In this document: piece by piece, positions 1-12,513 of the stretch
How the letters are laid out: every line of letters starts with the position of its first letter
Numbering within the stretch: position 1 is the stretch's first letter
Source of the DNA: Mobula hypostoma
Taxonomy: Eukaryota
Length of the DNA stretch: 64,000 nucleotides
Reading direction: 5' to 3'
NCBI RefSeq assembly: GCF_963921235.1
Contig: NC_086097.1
Location: 187,304,001 to 187,368,000, forward strand
The notes under the pieces: generated by a model
The model's database searches: none
The model's input: only the letters and a program-made list of their open reading frames with translations
Told to the model about the DNA's origin: nothing
Position numbers and translations under genes: made by a program

Positions 1-1130
1 ATGAGCTATTCTGCATTGAGTATGTGCAATGAACTGGAGAGTTTTAAGGTAAAGGGATCCTTAGAGATCAGTGATGATAATATGCTAGAATTCACCTTGT
101 GATTTGAGTGGAAGAAGCTAAAGTCAGACGTATCAGTATTAAAGAGAAGTAACGGGAATTACAAAGACATGAGAGTGGAGCTGGCCAGAAATGAATGGAA
201 AAGAACACTAGCAGAGATGACAACAGAGCAGAAATGGCTGGAATTTCTGGAAGCAATTCAGAAAATGCAGTACAGATACATTCCAAAGAGGAAGTTTTGT
301 AAAGGCAGGGCCGTAGTTGACAAGGGAAATCAAAGTCAACATGAAAGCCAAAGAGAAGGCATACAATAAAGCAAAAATAAGTGAGGATTAAGTTAGAGGA
401 TTGGGAATCTTTTAAAAACCAACAGAAGGCAACTAAAAAAGTCATAAAGAGGGAAAAGATGGAATACGAAGCTAAGCTAGCTAATAACATAAAAGAGGAT
501 ACAAAAAGTTTCTTGAATACATATTAGACCACTGGAAGATGATGCTGTAGAGGTATTACTAGGGTACAAGAAAATGGCAGATGAACTGAATAAGTATTTT
601 GCAGAAGTCTTTACTTTGGAAGACACTAGCAGTATGCCAGAAGTTGAGAGTGTCAGGAGGCAGAAATGAGTAATTTTGCGAACAGTAGGGAGAAAGTGCT
701 TGGGAATCTGAAAGTTCTGAAGGTTCACAAATCACCTAGACCAGATGGTCTAATCCTTAGGGTTCTGAAAGAGGTGGTTGAAGAGATTATGAAGGCATTA
801 GTAATGATCTTTCAAGAGTCAATAGATTCATGCATGGTTCCAGAGGACTGGAAAATTGCAAATGTCACTCCACTCTTCAAGAAAGGAGAGACACAGAAGA
901 AAGGAAAGTATAGGCCAGTTAGTCTGACCTCAGTGGCTGGGAAGATGTTGGAGTTGATTGCTAAGGACGTGGTTTCAGAGTACTTGGAGGCACATGATAA
1001 AATAGGCTGATGTCAGCATGGTTCCTTAAGGGAAATTCTTGTTTGAGGAATCTGTTGGAATTCTTTGAAGAAGTAACAAGCAGGATAGACAAAGGAGAAT
1101 CCGTGGATGTTGCGTACTTGGATTTTCAAG
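1..1130 (+). mobile_element. Decayed CR1 LINE ORF2 fragment (EN-RT linker and RT N-terminus)
   Basis: ORF 666-1010 has KSPRPDG..RVLKEV..VPEDWKIANVTPLFKKG..YRPVSLTSV; downstream reads VAYLDFQ; multiple stops/frameshifts. Confidence 0.9.
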
Positions 1131-1770
1131 CAAGGTTGTTGTTGCGCTACCACTCAACCAGCTGATCTATCTCACTTTTGTACACCTTCCCATCAACATC
1201 TAAAACTCTGCCAACAATAGTTGTGTTGTCAGCTAATTTTTAGATAGCATTTGATCTGTGCCTAGCCACACAGTTGTGGGTGTAGAGTGAGTAAGGCACC
1301 AGGCTAAGCATGCTCCTTGAATTGTGCCAGTATTCATTGTCAGCAAGGAGGAAATGTTAATTCCAATCCACACGGAATGTGGTCTCCCAGTGAAGAAGTC
1401 AAGGATCCATCTGCAGGGGGTGGCACAGAGGCCCAGGTTTTGGAGCTTTTTGATTAGAACTGAGAGTACAATTGTGTTGAATGCTGAGCTGTAGTCAATA
1501 AACAGCAGCCTGACTTAAGTATTACTATTGTGCAGGTGAACCAAGGCTTACTGGCGAGCCAATGAGATTGCATCCACTGTAGATTTATTGTGGTGGTAGG
1601 CAAATTGCAGTAGGTCTAGGCCCAAACTTTGGCAAGAGTTGTTTCTAACCATGACTAATCTGAACACAGCAGTGAGAGATTGAAGATGTCCTGCCACTTG
1701 GTTGGCACAGGTTGTCAAAACCCTACAATGTCCACTATCAGGGCCTGATGCCTTGTGAAGGTTTACCCTT
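1131..1770 (-). mobile_element. Decayed Rex1/Babar-like LINE RT fragment
   Basis: Reverse complement resembles the Rex1-type RT at 22975-24378 ([20 protein letters not shown] motifs). Confidence 0.75.
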
Positions 1771-1799
1771 CAACAACTGCAGTCAATGAGGTCAATCAC

Positions 1800-3420
1800 T
1801 GCCGACCCCTGCAATCATTACCTTCCTAAACGGATATTCCACTTTGGATTCTATTGGAGATGATGGCTCATCAGTGGAAGGCCACAGTAGCCAGGCTCAT
1901 GGCACCAAGAGTGGCTTTATTGCACAGAAAACCAGGAAAAAAAGAGTAGCAAAGCTATCCAGATACGGAATTCCATGAACGAGGGGAATAGACAAGAGGT
2001 TCTCTGGCCACAAACGAGACTCTTAGTTGCTATGTTGCCTCCCAGTTGCAAGGATCTGATATGTCACAGAGTAGCTGCAGAACATTCTGGAAGGAGGTCA
2101 ATAGCTAATTGTTGTGGTGTATGAGGGTACCCATAATATAGGGAAAAAAGTGGGAGGAGGTCCTACAAGCTGAATTTAAGGAGATTTGCTCAACAGATTA
2201 TATTCCAGTTAAAAACAAGGATAGTAAAGGTGGGGGTTGCCCACCATGGGTAACTAAAGAAATAAAAGAAGAAAACAAAATAAATGCTCATGCATACAAA
2301 ATCACCAAGAGTTCAGTGAAAATGGAACCAGGAAAAACTTTGAAAAGCAAGGAAGAACCATTATGCAAAAAATAAGAAAAGTAAAGATAGATTATGAAAG
2401 TAAACTAACGCAAAATATAAAAATAGATAGTAAAGGTATTAATAGTTATACAAAGTGAAAAGGGTGGTTAAGGTGAACAGAGGCCAATTGGAAGCTGATA
2501 AACAAGAACTAATATTCAGTAATGTGGAACCTTCATTCCGTGGTTTTGTATTGTCATGTTCTCTTGTTTGTTTTCATGCCCCATGTGCTCCTGTCCCTGA
2601 CCCTCTCTACACCGGCCCCTGTATCACTGAATACTCCACCCTCACTTGTTTCCCATTATTGCCTGTCTTGCTGCCGCCTGTATCTTATTGTGCTCCACCT
2701 ATCATCTGCCTCTCTGTTTATTGTTCAGTGTATTTTAGTCCTTTTGGATTTCTCTGGATGTTTTGATCTCTGCCTGATCTTGTTTGCACCTCTGGATTTG
2801 GTACCCAATAAATATCACAGTATGCACAGTACTTGGTCTGCAATTGGGTCCCTGCTCCAGCATCCTGACATTTACTTGGATTTCCAGAATGCATTTGATA
2901 AGGTAGTGCATCCATAAGATAAGGATGCATGGAGTTAGGGTAATAAATTAATATGTATAAATGATTGGTTAACCAAAAGAAGGCAGGGAATTGAAATAAA
3001 TGTGTGTGTTTCTTTGGTAGGCCGTCAGCACTAAGCAGAATGCCACAGAAGTCGGTGGTAGATGGAATAAAGGCATATACTATTTCCAAAGCGGTGAGAA
3101 AATTCAAAACTCAGAGTTGCAAAGGGACTTGGGAGTCCTCATGCAGAATTCCCTAAAGGTTAACTTACAGGTAGAGACAGTAGGAAGGAAGGTAAATGCA
3201 ATGTTAGTATTCATTTTGGGAGGACTAAAGCATGAGAGTAAGGATATAATGCTGATGCTTTATAAGGCATTGGTCAGACTCCACTTGGAGTATTGCGAGC
3301 AGTTTTGGGCCCCTTATTTAAGTAAAGATATGCTGGCATTGGAGAAAATCCAGAAGAGGTTCACAAGAGTGATTGCAGGAATGCAAAGGTTAACATATGA
3401 GAAATTTTTGGAAGGTTTTG
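1800..3420 (+). mobile_element. Patchwork of decayed CR1 fragments (ORF1 esterase relic, ORF2 linker, RT and C-terminal pieces), interrupted by an LTR-like segment
   Basis: 1830-2190 resembles the ORF1 at 31204-31866; YLDFQNAFDKV at 2871; ORF 3117-3458 QRDLGVL..LYKALVRLHLEYCEQFWAPY. Confidence 0.8.
2552..2870 (+). mobile_element. Probable solo/partial LTR
   Basis: TGTCA...TGACA ends, AATAAA about 60 bp before the 3' end, pyrimidine-rich body unrelated to flanking CR1; no TSD found and left boundary uncertain. Confidence 0.45.
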
Positions 3421-3602
3421 GAAGAGCTTTGGCTGATACAGGAAATCTTCTTTGGTGAGGTTACATAGTCACCCCAATGAGTCAGAAACAAGGTATTCCT
3501 ATGCATACAACAGGAATTCTGCAGATGCTGGAAATTCAAGCAACATACATCAAAGTTGCTGGTGAACGCAGCAGGCCAAGCAGCATCTATAGGAAGAGGT
3601 GC

Positions 3603-3638
3603 AGTCGACGTTTCAGGCCGAGATCCTTCGTCAGGACT
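3603..3638 (-). ncRNA. Minimal type I hammerhead ribozyme in Penelope pseudo-LTR
   Basis: Reverse complement AGTC-CTGACGA-AGG atctcgg CCT-GAAACGTC-GACT: stem I, CUGANGA core, stem II, GAAA, palindromic short helix III, UC cleavage site. Confidence 0.85.
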
Positions 3639-4705
3639 AACTGAAGGAAGAGTGAGTAAGGGATTTGAAAGCTGGAGGGGGAGGGGGAGATGCAAAATGA
3701 TAGGAGAAGACAGGAGGGGGAGGGATAGAGCCGAGAGCTGGACAGGTGATAGGCAAAATGGGATACGAGAGGATCATGGGACAGGAGGTCCGGGAAGAAA
3801 GACAAGGGGGGGGGTGACCCAGAGGATGGGCAAGAGGTATATTCAGAGGGACAGAGGGAGAAAAAGGAGAGTGAGAGAAAGAATGTGTGCATAAAAATGA
3901 GTAACAGATGGGGTACGAGGGGGAGGTGGGGCCTTAGCGGAAGTTAGAGAAGTCAATGTTCATGCCATCAGGTTGGAGGCTACCCAGCCGGAATATAAGG
4001 TGTTGTTCCTCCAACCTGAGTGTGGCTTCATCTTTACAGTAGAGGAGGCCGTGGATAGACATGTCAGAATGGGAATGGGATGTGGAATTAAAACTTCACC
4101 TGTGAGTCGACTGGGGTGATATACTGCGTCCGGTGCTCCCGATGTGGCCTTTTATATATTGGTGAGACCCGACGCAGACTGGGAGACCGCTTTGCTGAAC
4201 ATCTACGCTCTGTCCGCCAGAGAAAGCAGGATCTCCCAGTGGCCACACATTTTAATTCCACATCCCATTCCCATTCTGACATGTCTATCCACGGCCTCCT
4301 CTACTGTAAAGATGAAGCCACACTCAGGTTGGAGGAACAACACCTTATATTCCGTCTGGGTAGCCTCCAACCTGATGGCATGAACATCGACTTCTCTAAC
4401 TTCCGCTAAGGCCCCACCTCCCCCTCGTACCCCATCTGTTACTCATTTTTATGCACACATTCTTTCTCTCACTCTCCTTTTTCTCCCTCTGTCCCTCTGA
4501 ATATACCTCTTGCCCATCCTCTGGGTCACCCCCCCCCCTTGTCTTTCTTCCCGGACCTCCTGTCCCATGATCCTCTCGTATCCCATTTTGCCTATCACCT
4601 GTCCAGCTCTCGGTTCTATCCCTCCCCCTCCTGTCTTCTCCTATCATTTTGCATCTCCCCCTCCCCCTCCAGCTTTCAAATCCCTTACTCACTCTTCCTT
4701 CAGTT

Positions 4706-4741
4706 AGTCCTGACGAAGGATCTCGGCCTGAAACGTCGACT
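4706..4741 (+). ncRNA. Minimal type I hammerhead ribozyme in Penelope pseudo-LTR
   Basis: AGTC-CTGACGA-AGGatctcggCCT-GAAACGTC-GACT. Confidence 0.85.
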
Positions 4742-5299
4742 GCACCTCTTCCTATAGATGCTGCTTGGCCTGCTGTGTTCACCAGCAACTTTGATGTATG
4801 TTGCTTATTCCTATGCATATTTGATGGAGTTTCAACTGACAGACACTCATACTGTAAGACACTTGTATGTCACACACCCAAATCTTGAGCAGCAAAATCT
4901 ATGCTGATCTTTTAATGCAGTTCTTAAGGGAGTAACACACTTTTTAATGTGTTGCCTTTCAGCTAAAGTTTCAATCTAAGGTTCTGTTTGTTCTGTCAAA
5001 TGGATGTTTTGCCCAGTATTTAGCTCCTAAAATCAGAAAATTAGATTACTTAGTTAATCTCATATTGCTGCTTGTGTAAACCTGTTGGCTGCTATGGTTC
5101 CCAGGATACAACAGTTATTAGATTCAGAGAACAATTCACTGGCTATAAAGTACATTGGAATATCCTGAAGTAACGAAAACCTCTACCTTGGTGGTTTTAA
5201 AATTTGATGTTTATGAGGCTATTGTGGAAAGAATCTAAATTAATTTCATAAAGCTTCTCATAGGTGTCAGAGTTAGGACACTTGCAGTTAATCAGAGTT

Positions 5300-5610
5300 A
5301 GAGCGTCCCAGAGAGATACAGTGTGGAAATGGGTCCTTTGACACACTGACTATCAACCACCCATTTACACTAATCCTATATTAATCCCATTTTTTAAATT
5401 CTTGCTACATTCTTGACAACTTCCCCAAGATTGTACAATCATCTGTCCACTGAGCACAATTTACTGTGGCCCTCTCACCCACCAACCAGCAGTCTTTAGG
5501 ATATGGGAGAATACTGGAAGAATCCCATGTAGTAGCAGAGAGAATGTGTAAACTCCACACAGCAAAAGTCTCTGACACTATTAGGCAGTGGCCCATGTAC
5601 TATTGTGCCA
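5300..5610 (-). mobile_element. Decayed SINE (HE1/V-SINE-like) with CR1-like tail
   Basis: Degenerate match to the V-domain pattern tgtgggag..aaacccac..ggagaatgtgtaaactccacacag. Confidence 0.5.
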
Positions 5611-5712
5611 CTGACAATATCAGTCCAGACTGCATCACTATCTCAACCTCCAAAAATTGAAGAAGCAGATTGATAATTTAAAATTTTACCTGATTCTACC
5701 GTGATTCACGAT

Positions 5713-6045
5713 CATAGAAACGTAGAAAACCTACAGCACAATACAGGCCCTTCAGCCCACAGAGTTGTGCCCAACATGTCCCTACCTTGGAAATTACTAG
5801 GCTTACTTATAGCCCTCTATTTTACTAAGCTCCATGTGCCTATCTAAAAGTCTCTTAAAAGGCCCTATTGTATCCGCCTCCACCACCGTTGCTGGCAGCC
5901 CATTCCACGCACTCACCACTCACTGCGTAAAAAAACTTACCCCTGACATCTCCTCTGTACCTACTCCCCAGCAGGTTAAACCTGTGTCCTCTTGTGGCAA
6001 CCATTTCAGCCCTGGGAAAAAGCCTCTGACTTTCCACACGATCAT
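5713..6045 (-). mobile_element. CR1 3'-end fragment
   Basis: catagaaa tail repeats; minus ORF LFPRAEMVATRGHRF; similar to 28600-28930 and 50960-51290. Confidence 0.85.
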
Positions 6046-7184
6046 GGATCAAACATTTTTTTTCAACTAATTTTCAAAGCAGCATCAATTTTCAGGCAGA
6101 TCAGAAGTACCATCAACACAGAATGGAAGGAAGAGTCAGAGTGTAGCTTCAGTACACCTACAGAACAGCACTGCAGAGACACAGGGCCAGATCGTTGGTC
6201 TGCCTCTTCATCAGACACTTTGTGTGATGCAGTAGAATGAGCATTTAGCAAGAAAATAATCAGCCATCTGAACAGCTCCATAAAGCTTATCCACCAGAAC
6301 AACATGCAAGTAATGGAATGCCTCATTCCTGTTTGATCTTCTCTCAAGGTATACTTACTCTTATCTATATATAAATTGTAATACTGTTTATAATTGCAAC
6401 CCAATTTTATTTGGCTGAATTTGGTTTTTAATAATTTTGCTATTATACCATAAAGGTGTTCACATTCTATAACTTAATTCACGAGGTTCAACATATTTTC
6501 GCCTTTGTGTACTTCATTTATAAAAGGATAAGTTGCTGTACAATAGCTTTTTATGAAGCAAAGGCCAGCCCAGCAAAATATCAGTGTTCAGTCAGCAAGA
6601 GCTGCAGGCTTGCTACCTGACAAATTTGTTGGTTAATCAATGAGTCTATTAATTTAGAAAGTTTTGTTAATTACATCTATCTCTTCCTTGCTATTGATTT
6701 CCATTAAAATCTACAAAGAAAGGAAAGTACACCGAATCCAGTCATAAAGTAACCAGTCAACCTAAGCAATTGATACAGCTTTGATGATGGTATACCTTAG
6801 TAGGCAATTTTATGCAAAAAGAATCGGTTAGCATTTGTTAATTACTTCTAGGAGCAGTAACCACATTAAATCAATCCAGAACATGAATTATACAAATTAC
6901 TATCCCTATTTTCTTCAGCATGAAGTTTTACATCATTTTCTCAATAAAACGTACATGACAATCAGCATTACAATGTGTTTCAAACCTCTGGCTGGATAAT
7001 ATGCAATTTTTCCCACTGCCTCCAGAGTATCCTATGACTGCAGTAATCTTCTGTGGCAGTTTGGCTCACAAAGCAGCTTCCTGAGACCCTACATCAGCAC
7101 TGTTCTAACAGCTTAAGGCAGCTCATGGATTAACTAAGTAGTACATTAGAAGTTCTTTAAAGCATAAAATAAAATAATAATTAA

Positions 7185-7563
7185 AACACATAGAACGAAG
7201 GACAATACAGTACAGGAACAGATCCTTCAGCCCTCTATGACTTCCCAAACAAGATGCCAAGTTAAATTGAATCTCTTCTGTCTGCACATGATACATATCT
7301 CTGTTCTCTGCATATTCATGTAACTATCTAAAAGCCTCTTAAATGCCACTATCTTATCTACTTCACCACTACCCCTGGCAGCAAATTACAGGCACATATC
7401 ACTCCCTATGTAAAAAGAAACTTGCCCCATTCATCTTCTATGAATTTTCCTCCTCTCGCCTTAAGGACATGTTTCTACATTTCACATTTTTACCCTGGGA
7501 AAAGAGATTCTGTCTGTCTAACTCATCTCTGAGTCTCACAATTTTATAAACTTCTATCAGGTC
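7185..7563 (-). mobile_element. CR1 3'-end fragment (continues at 9861-9945 after the Gypsy insertion)
   Basis: Same tail layout as other CR1 3' ends in the window. Confidence 0.7.
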
Positions 7564-9860
7564 TGTAGGTTTTCACAAATAAAAACTAGTAGAGGCATTT
7601 TATGTGTAAGAAAATCCCTAACAACTCATTTATTGTACTCCAAACACTGAACACAAAGTGTGGTAAAGGTACTTCAGGTAATTACATAATCGCATCAGAC
7701 AAGCTTCTTAAAGTGAATCCTGACTCAATGTTGGTGGCAGTGAATTATCTACATTTCCACCAACTTCATAACCCCACACAGTCTTTACCTGCCAGACTTC
7801 ACTAAAACTGGCATTATGAGCCTGTCCAGAGTTCAGACAAGCCACCCAGCTAGGGTCCTATGTTTTATGGGTGAAGGAACAGCTGAGGCCTCTGACTCAT
7901 CCAGAGATTCACTGACATTCTCATGGTCATGTTGTGATGGCAGGGGCATGGTAGCGGAATCCTCCAAAACTTGGTGGGCCAGTTTAAGGCAATCTACTGA
8001 AAGACATTCAGGTATACCCTTCTTATCAATGATAAAAGTCTTTTCTCTCCATTCCAAAATGCGGAATGGGCCATTGTAAGAGGGCCTAAGGGGATGTTGG
8101 TGTGCATCATGGCAGACAAAACAAACGAAACAGAATGTAGGTCAACAGAAACCCAAAAATGCTGTACGCCATGATTGGAAGTAGGAATCGGTGCAAAGGA
8201 ATTGAATTGACTGAGGAGGGTAGAACACTGTAGAGAAGCCCTCCTCAGTCAATTCAATAGTGTCAGCAGGAATATAATCACCTGGCACTCATAACAGCTG
8301 CCCTATACGAACTCAGTCATGGGCGCTCTTTTGGTGCTGTTCTAAGCTGCAGCAGGACCCATTGGAGATGATCATGCCACAGTCATCCATCAGGGAAGCC
8401 CTCAGAGCAACTTTGAAGGAGTGGTGAAACCACTTCATAGGCCATTGGACTGCAGCTGATACATCATGGTGTGATGTAGCTTAACATTGAGGAACTGGGC
8501 TATCGCAGCACAGAGGTCTGATAGGAATTGGGAACTGTGGTCAGAGGAAATATCAGAGTGGGTGCCAAACTTGAGCGACGCAGGTGCTAATGAACGCATG
8601 AGCCACATCTATGGCCATCGGCGATGCTACAGGGATGACCTCTGGCCACCTGATGGTACGGCGTGAAACCGTGGAGGGGGGGAAGAGGACCAGCAAGGTC
8701 CACATTGACATGGTCAAACCATCAGTCCCTGAGCCGATGGCACCTGAACATGATGGTTAAACTTTGCCTTTGCCACGCTCTCTCCACACAGACTGTTTTC
8801 CAAATAGGCATATCCTTTTGAAATCCATGCCACACAAACCTTGTGAAACCAGTTTCAGTGAGGCCTTCTGGCCAGAATGTGAGAAACCATGTGTGGAGTC
8901 AAAAACAGTTTACCTCCAGTTTGCAGGCAAGGACAACTGGTTGAGGTATCACACAGGAGAGAAACACCAGCTTCCTCGAACTTAATATCTGTCAACTGCA
9001 GATCTGTGACTGCTGTTCGATAAGCCTCGACCTCTGGGTCAATAGCTTGGTTGGCTGCCATGCCAGTATAGTCTATCTCTATGCGTATGGCCTCAACGGC
9101 TGGCTCTGAGAAGCAATCAGCCATGGCATTATTTTTTCCCCTCGACATGTTGTATGTCTGTCGTGAACTCTGATATGTGGCATTACTGCCATGCAACCTA
9201 AGGGTCTGATATTTTGGCCATAACATGCACAAGGGGTTTGTGGTCAACAAACGGTGTGAAATGGCAACCCTCTAGAAGAAAAAGAAAATAATGGACAGCC
9301 AGATAGAGACAGAGAAACTCATGGTCAAACATGTTGTCCTTTGAGTGATTATGCAGAAAGTTTGAAGTTAATAACTCATCAGTTAATAACTCATTAGGGG
9401 TGATTGCCAAGTTTGTGGCCTATGGTAGAAGGAGATGAGTTATTAACTTCAAACTTTCTGCATAATCACTCAAAGAGTTGACCTACGTGTGCATGTAACG
9501 AGAGCCGTATAACTCATCTCCTTCTACCTTAGGCCACAAACTTATCAATCACCCATCTGTGGACACTTCCTGGAGGTCCAAAATCCATATGCTCGAAGAC
9601 CGCTGGACCAAGTGTGTAAATGTAGGAGGGGACTATGTTGAAAAATAAATGTGCTAGGTTTTCTAAAATTGAGTCCTTCTACCGTAGGCCATGAACTTAT
9701 CAATCACCTCTCGTATTGTATGCCAAGCACTGAACACAAAGCATGGTAAAAGTACTTTTGTGTAATTACATCATGACGTCAGACCAGCCCGTAAAGAGAA
9801 CTCCGACTCAATGTCAGAGGCTGTGAATTATGAATGTTTCCACCAATTACATTACCTTAC
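7564..9860 (-). mobile_element. Old, internally deleted Gypsy LTR retrotransposon (RNase H end and integrase relics, short diverged LTRs)
   Basis: Direct repeats about 7630-7778 and 9715-9860; starts TGTAGG, ends TACA; minus-strand peptides RGKNNAMADCFS (RNase H end) and KTFIIDKKGIPECLSVDCLKLAH (integrase C-terminus). Confidence 0.8.
9394..9715 (+). mobile_element. Mariner-derived MITE
   Basis: TIRs aggggtgattgccaagtttgtggcctatggtagaaggag / ccttctaccgtaggccatgaacttatcaatcacctctcgTA; encodes WTKCVNVGGDYVEK*, a typical mariner transposase C-terminus; extra internal TIR copy near 9515-9555. Confidence 0.8.
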
Positions 9861-10184
9861 AGCCTTCCATCAGTATCCAAAGACTCCAGAGAAAACAACC
9901 TAAGCTTGTACAAACCCTCCTTAAAGTTGATATCCTCTAATTCTAAGATAAAATGAGAGAGTCTAATCTGTCCGCATTCTCTAGCATATTCTATATTCTA
10001 CAATTTACACCAATAGAGATCCAGAAGATGTTAGTTGCACTCTGCAGCAAGTGTGGTTTTCTTTCATAAAGCTAGCTAGCCATCTACACAATCTGGCTTG
10101 TTGTACTATAGTGAGGAGACCTGAACGAACAGTGCAGTGGTTCCGCCAGGAGAACTGCTGCCTTCCAGCTCCAGTGACAGGTAA

Positions 10185-10890
10185 TGCAGGAACAGGCCCC
10201 TCTGCCGATGATATCTGCACTGACATTGGTGCCAATTTAACTTAATCCCACCTTTCTGCACAAGCTCCATATTTCTTTATTTCCTACCTGTTCATGTCTA
10301 AATGCTTCTTAAGTGTTGCTGTCTTATCTGCTTCTACTCAAGCCTCTGTCTGATAAAGGCAAGTATGCTATACACCTTCTTTACCACTCTGTCTACTAGT
10401 GTTAGCACTTTCAGGAAGCAAGATCCCTCTGTAGATCAATGCTCCTCAAGGATCTGCCATGACTGTGTGCTTCCATCTTGCATTTGACTTCACAAAATCT
10501 GGTACTTCACACTTTTCTGCATTAAAGTTTATATGCCATTTCTCTACCCAAATTTCCAGTTGATCTAGTGTATCTGTTGACAACCTCTCACATGATCTAT
10601 ATTCCCGCCAATTTTGTGCTGTCTGTGAACTTACAATTCAGTCCATCTATATTCTCATCCCAATCACTCAAGTATATCACAAACAACAGAGATCCCACCA
10701 CTGGTCACAGACTTCCAGTCAGATTAACACCACTCCACCACTGCCACCTGTCCTCATGACTAAATGAATTTTGAATCCTTCCTATCAATTTGCCATAGAT
10801 CCCACGGAACCAAGTGGATCAGCCTTTCACAATCTGGTCAAGAGCTTTACTGAAGTCCATGAACACCCATTGCTCTATACTCATCAAACT
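10185..10890 (-). mobile_element. Highly decayed CR1 fragments
   Basis: Degenerate similarity to minus-strand CR1 at 28600-29780. Confidence 0.55.
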
Positions 10891-11504
10891 TTAGAAGCAA
10901 AGGAGCCCCCCACAAACATGAGAAAATCTGTAAATGCTGCAAATCAAAAGCATCCAAAGGGTCCTGAAAACTCTTTTCCTTAGATGCTACTGAGTCTGCT
11001 GAGTTCCTACAGCATTTTGTGTGTGTTGCAGAAGACAAAAGACATCTGGCTTGCCCGCTTCAACCCACGGCAATTTCTAAAGATGCAGATGGAACGCATC
11101 CTTACCAGATGCATGATGGCTTTGTATGACAATTGCTCTGCCCAGGACTAGTGAATCTGTGGAATGTTTTGCCACTAGGAGCTTGCCACTTGTTTTGCAG
11201 CTTGGAGGCCAAGTCACTGGGTCTATTTAAGACCAAGATTGATAGATTCTGGATTAGTCAGTGTATGAAGGTATATGGGGAGAAGGCAGAAGATTGGGGC
11301 TGAAAGGGAAAATGGATCAACCATGACGAAATGGCAGAACAGACTCGATGTGCCAAATGATCTGCTTCTGCTCCTATACCTTATGTCTTTTGACTGCATG
11401 AAACTACAGAGCTGTGGACAATGCTCAGTACATCATAGAAACCAGTGTCCTTCATGGATTCGGGGCCAACACCCCTCAACAGGACTGAAAGAAAAGATGA
11501 GTAG

Positions 11505-12341
11505 TGTTACGTACCCCGTAACTGGGTTGCCAAACCAGCAGAAATGGATCACTCAGTTGGAGTCTGGAGTACTAGAACTAAGAAAGTTTTATTAAAGAAA
11601 CAAGCAACACAGTAATCGAAAGGATAATAAATGCAACAGTTCAGTGATGATAAACACATGTGCACAGAATTAAGATAACAGCATCAATCAAGCTCTATCG
11701 TTGTCTAGGGGTTAAATGACCAATTTCAAAATGACTCAAAGTTCAGTCCAGTTTGTAGTTCAGTTCGCAGTAATCGTTGCCATGGCGATGGACAAGGTGG
11801 GGGAAGAGAGACAGAGATAGAACAGGAACAACTGATCATTCAGAACAGCTTCACTCACAGACCAGCGAGATGGCTCACAAACAGCATTTGGGCGGGTCCT
11901 TGGTGATGTCACCTGAGGTCACCGACTGTGACCCCTCCTCCAGATGCGGTCGATCCTCTGCAGTGAACCCGGCACCCAGGCAAGGGCGGACACACACCGG
12001 GTTCCCGCTGATCGTACCTTTCCACCCACTCGTGAGAAGCGTACCGCTTCCAGGGTCTCGTTACCTCGGGTGGCGTGTGTGTCTGTCTTAGCGAACCTGT
12101 CCCTTTTTATCCCCCTGCTGGGGTATCGCCTGTCCATCACTTCAAACAGTTCAGGGTTCAAAAGGGGGGAACCGCTCCAGACAGCTCTTCCTCCCACATC
12201 CCTTCATTACACATCTCCAGACGCTGCTCCATTGTTCCTTATCTCTCCTTCCCCTGAGGGCAGGTGGCAGACCAACTGCTGATGCCACTGATGCTAGCCC
12301 AGGCCAGCAAACATCTTAATTTTATGTGTATTCTCGTAACA
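11505..12341 (-). repeat. 3' LTR of Gmr1-like element
   Basis: TG..CA with 7-bp inverted termini; adjacent PPT (cttcccccc on +, 12342-12350); only 3 differences from the other LTR seen by eye. Confidence 0.97.
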
Positions 12342-12513
12342 CTTCCCCCCTTTAAGGATTTTTACCGGGAGGTAAAAATTACAAACATGACTACATTATC
12401 TGATACATACACAATATACATCTTTAACAGTTATTTAGCTAATACAGAGAATTTGAAGCTGTCAACACCTTGACAGACAGTCATCACATTTTCTGTTCCT
12501 TTTACACGTGTTA

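Larger units (their letters stand above)
3508..4805. mobile_element. Penelope-like element, inverted arrangement, with GIY-YIG endonuclease C-terminal fragment
   Basis: 14-bp TSD TATTCCTATGCATA at 3494-3507 and 4806-4819; about 555-bp inverted arms (to 4093 and from 4250); ORF 4116-4409 IYCVRCSRCGLLYIGETRRRLGDRFAEH..QPDGMN. Confidence 0.95.

Noticed and set aside
6063..6404. Possible exon in unique sequence (ORFs on both strands)
   Set aside because: No recognisable protein and no convincing paired splice sites
11777..12282. ORFs duplicated at 15764-16269, and likewise 52362-52914 vs 55030-55557
   Set aside because: Chance frames inside LTR copies, with no recognisable domains
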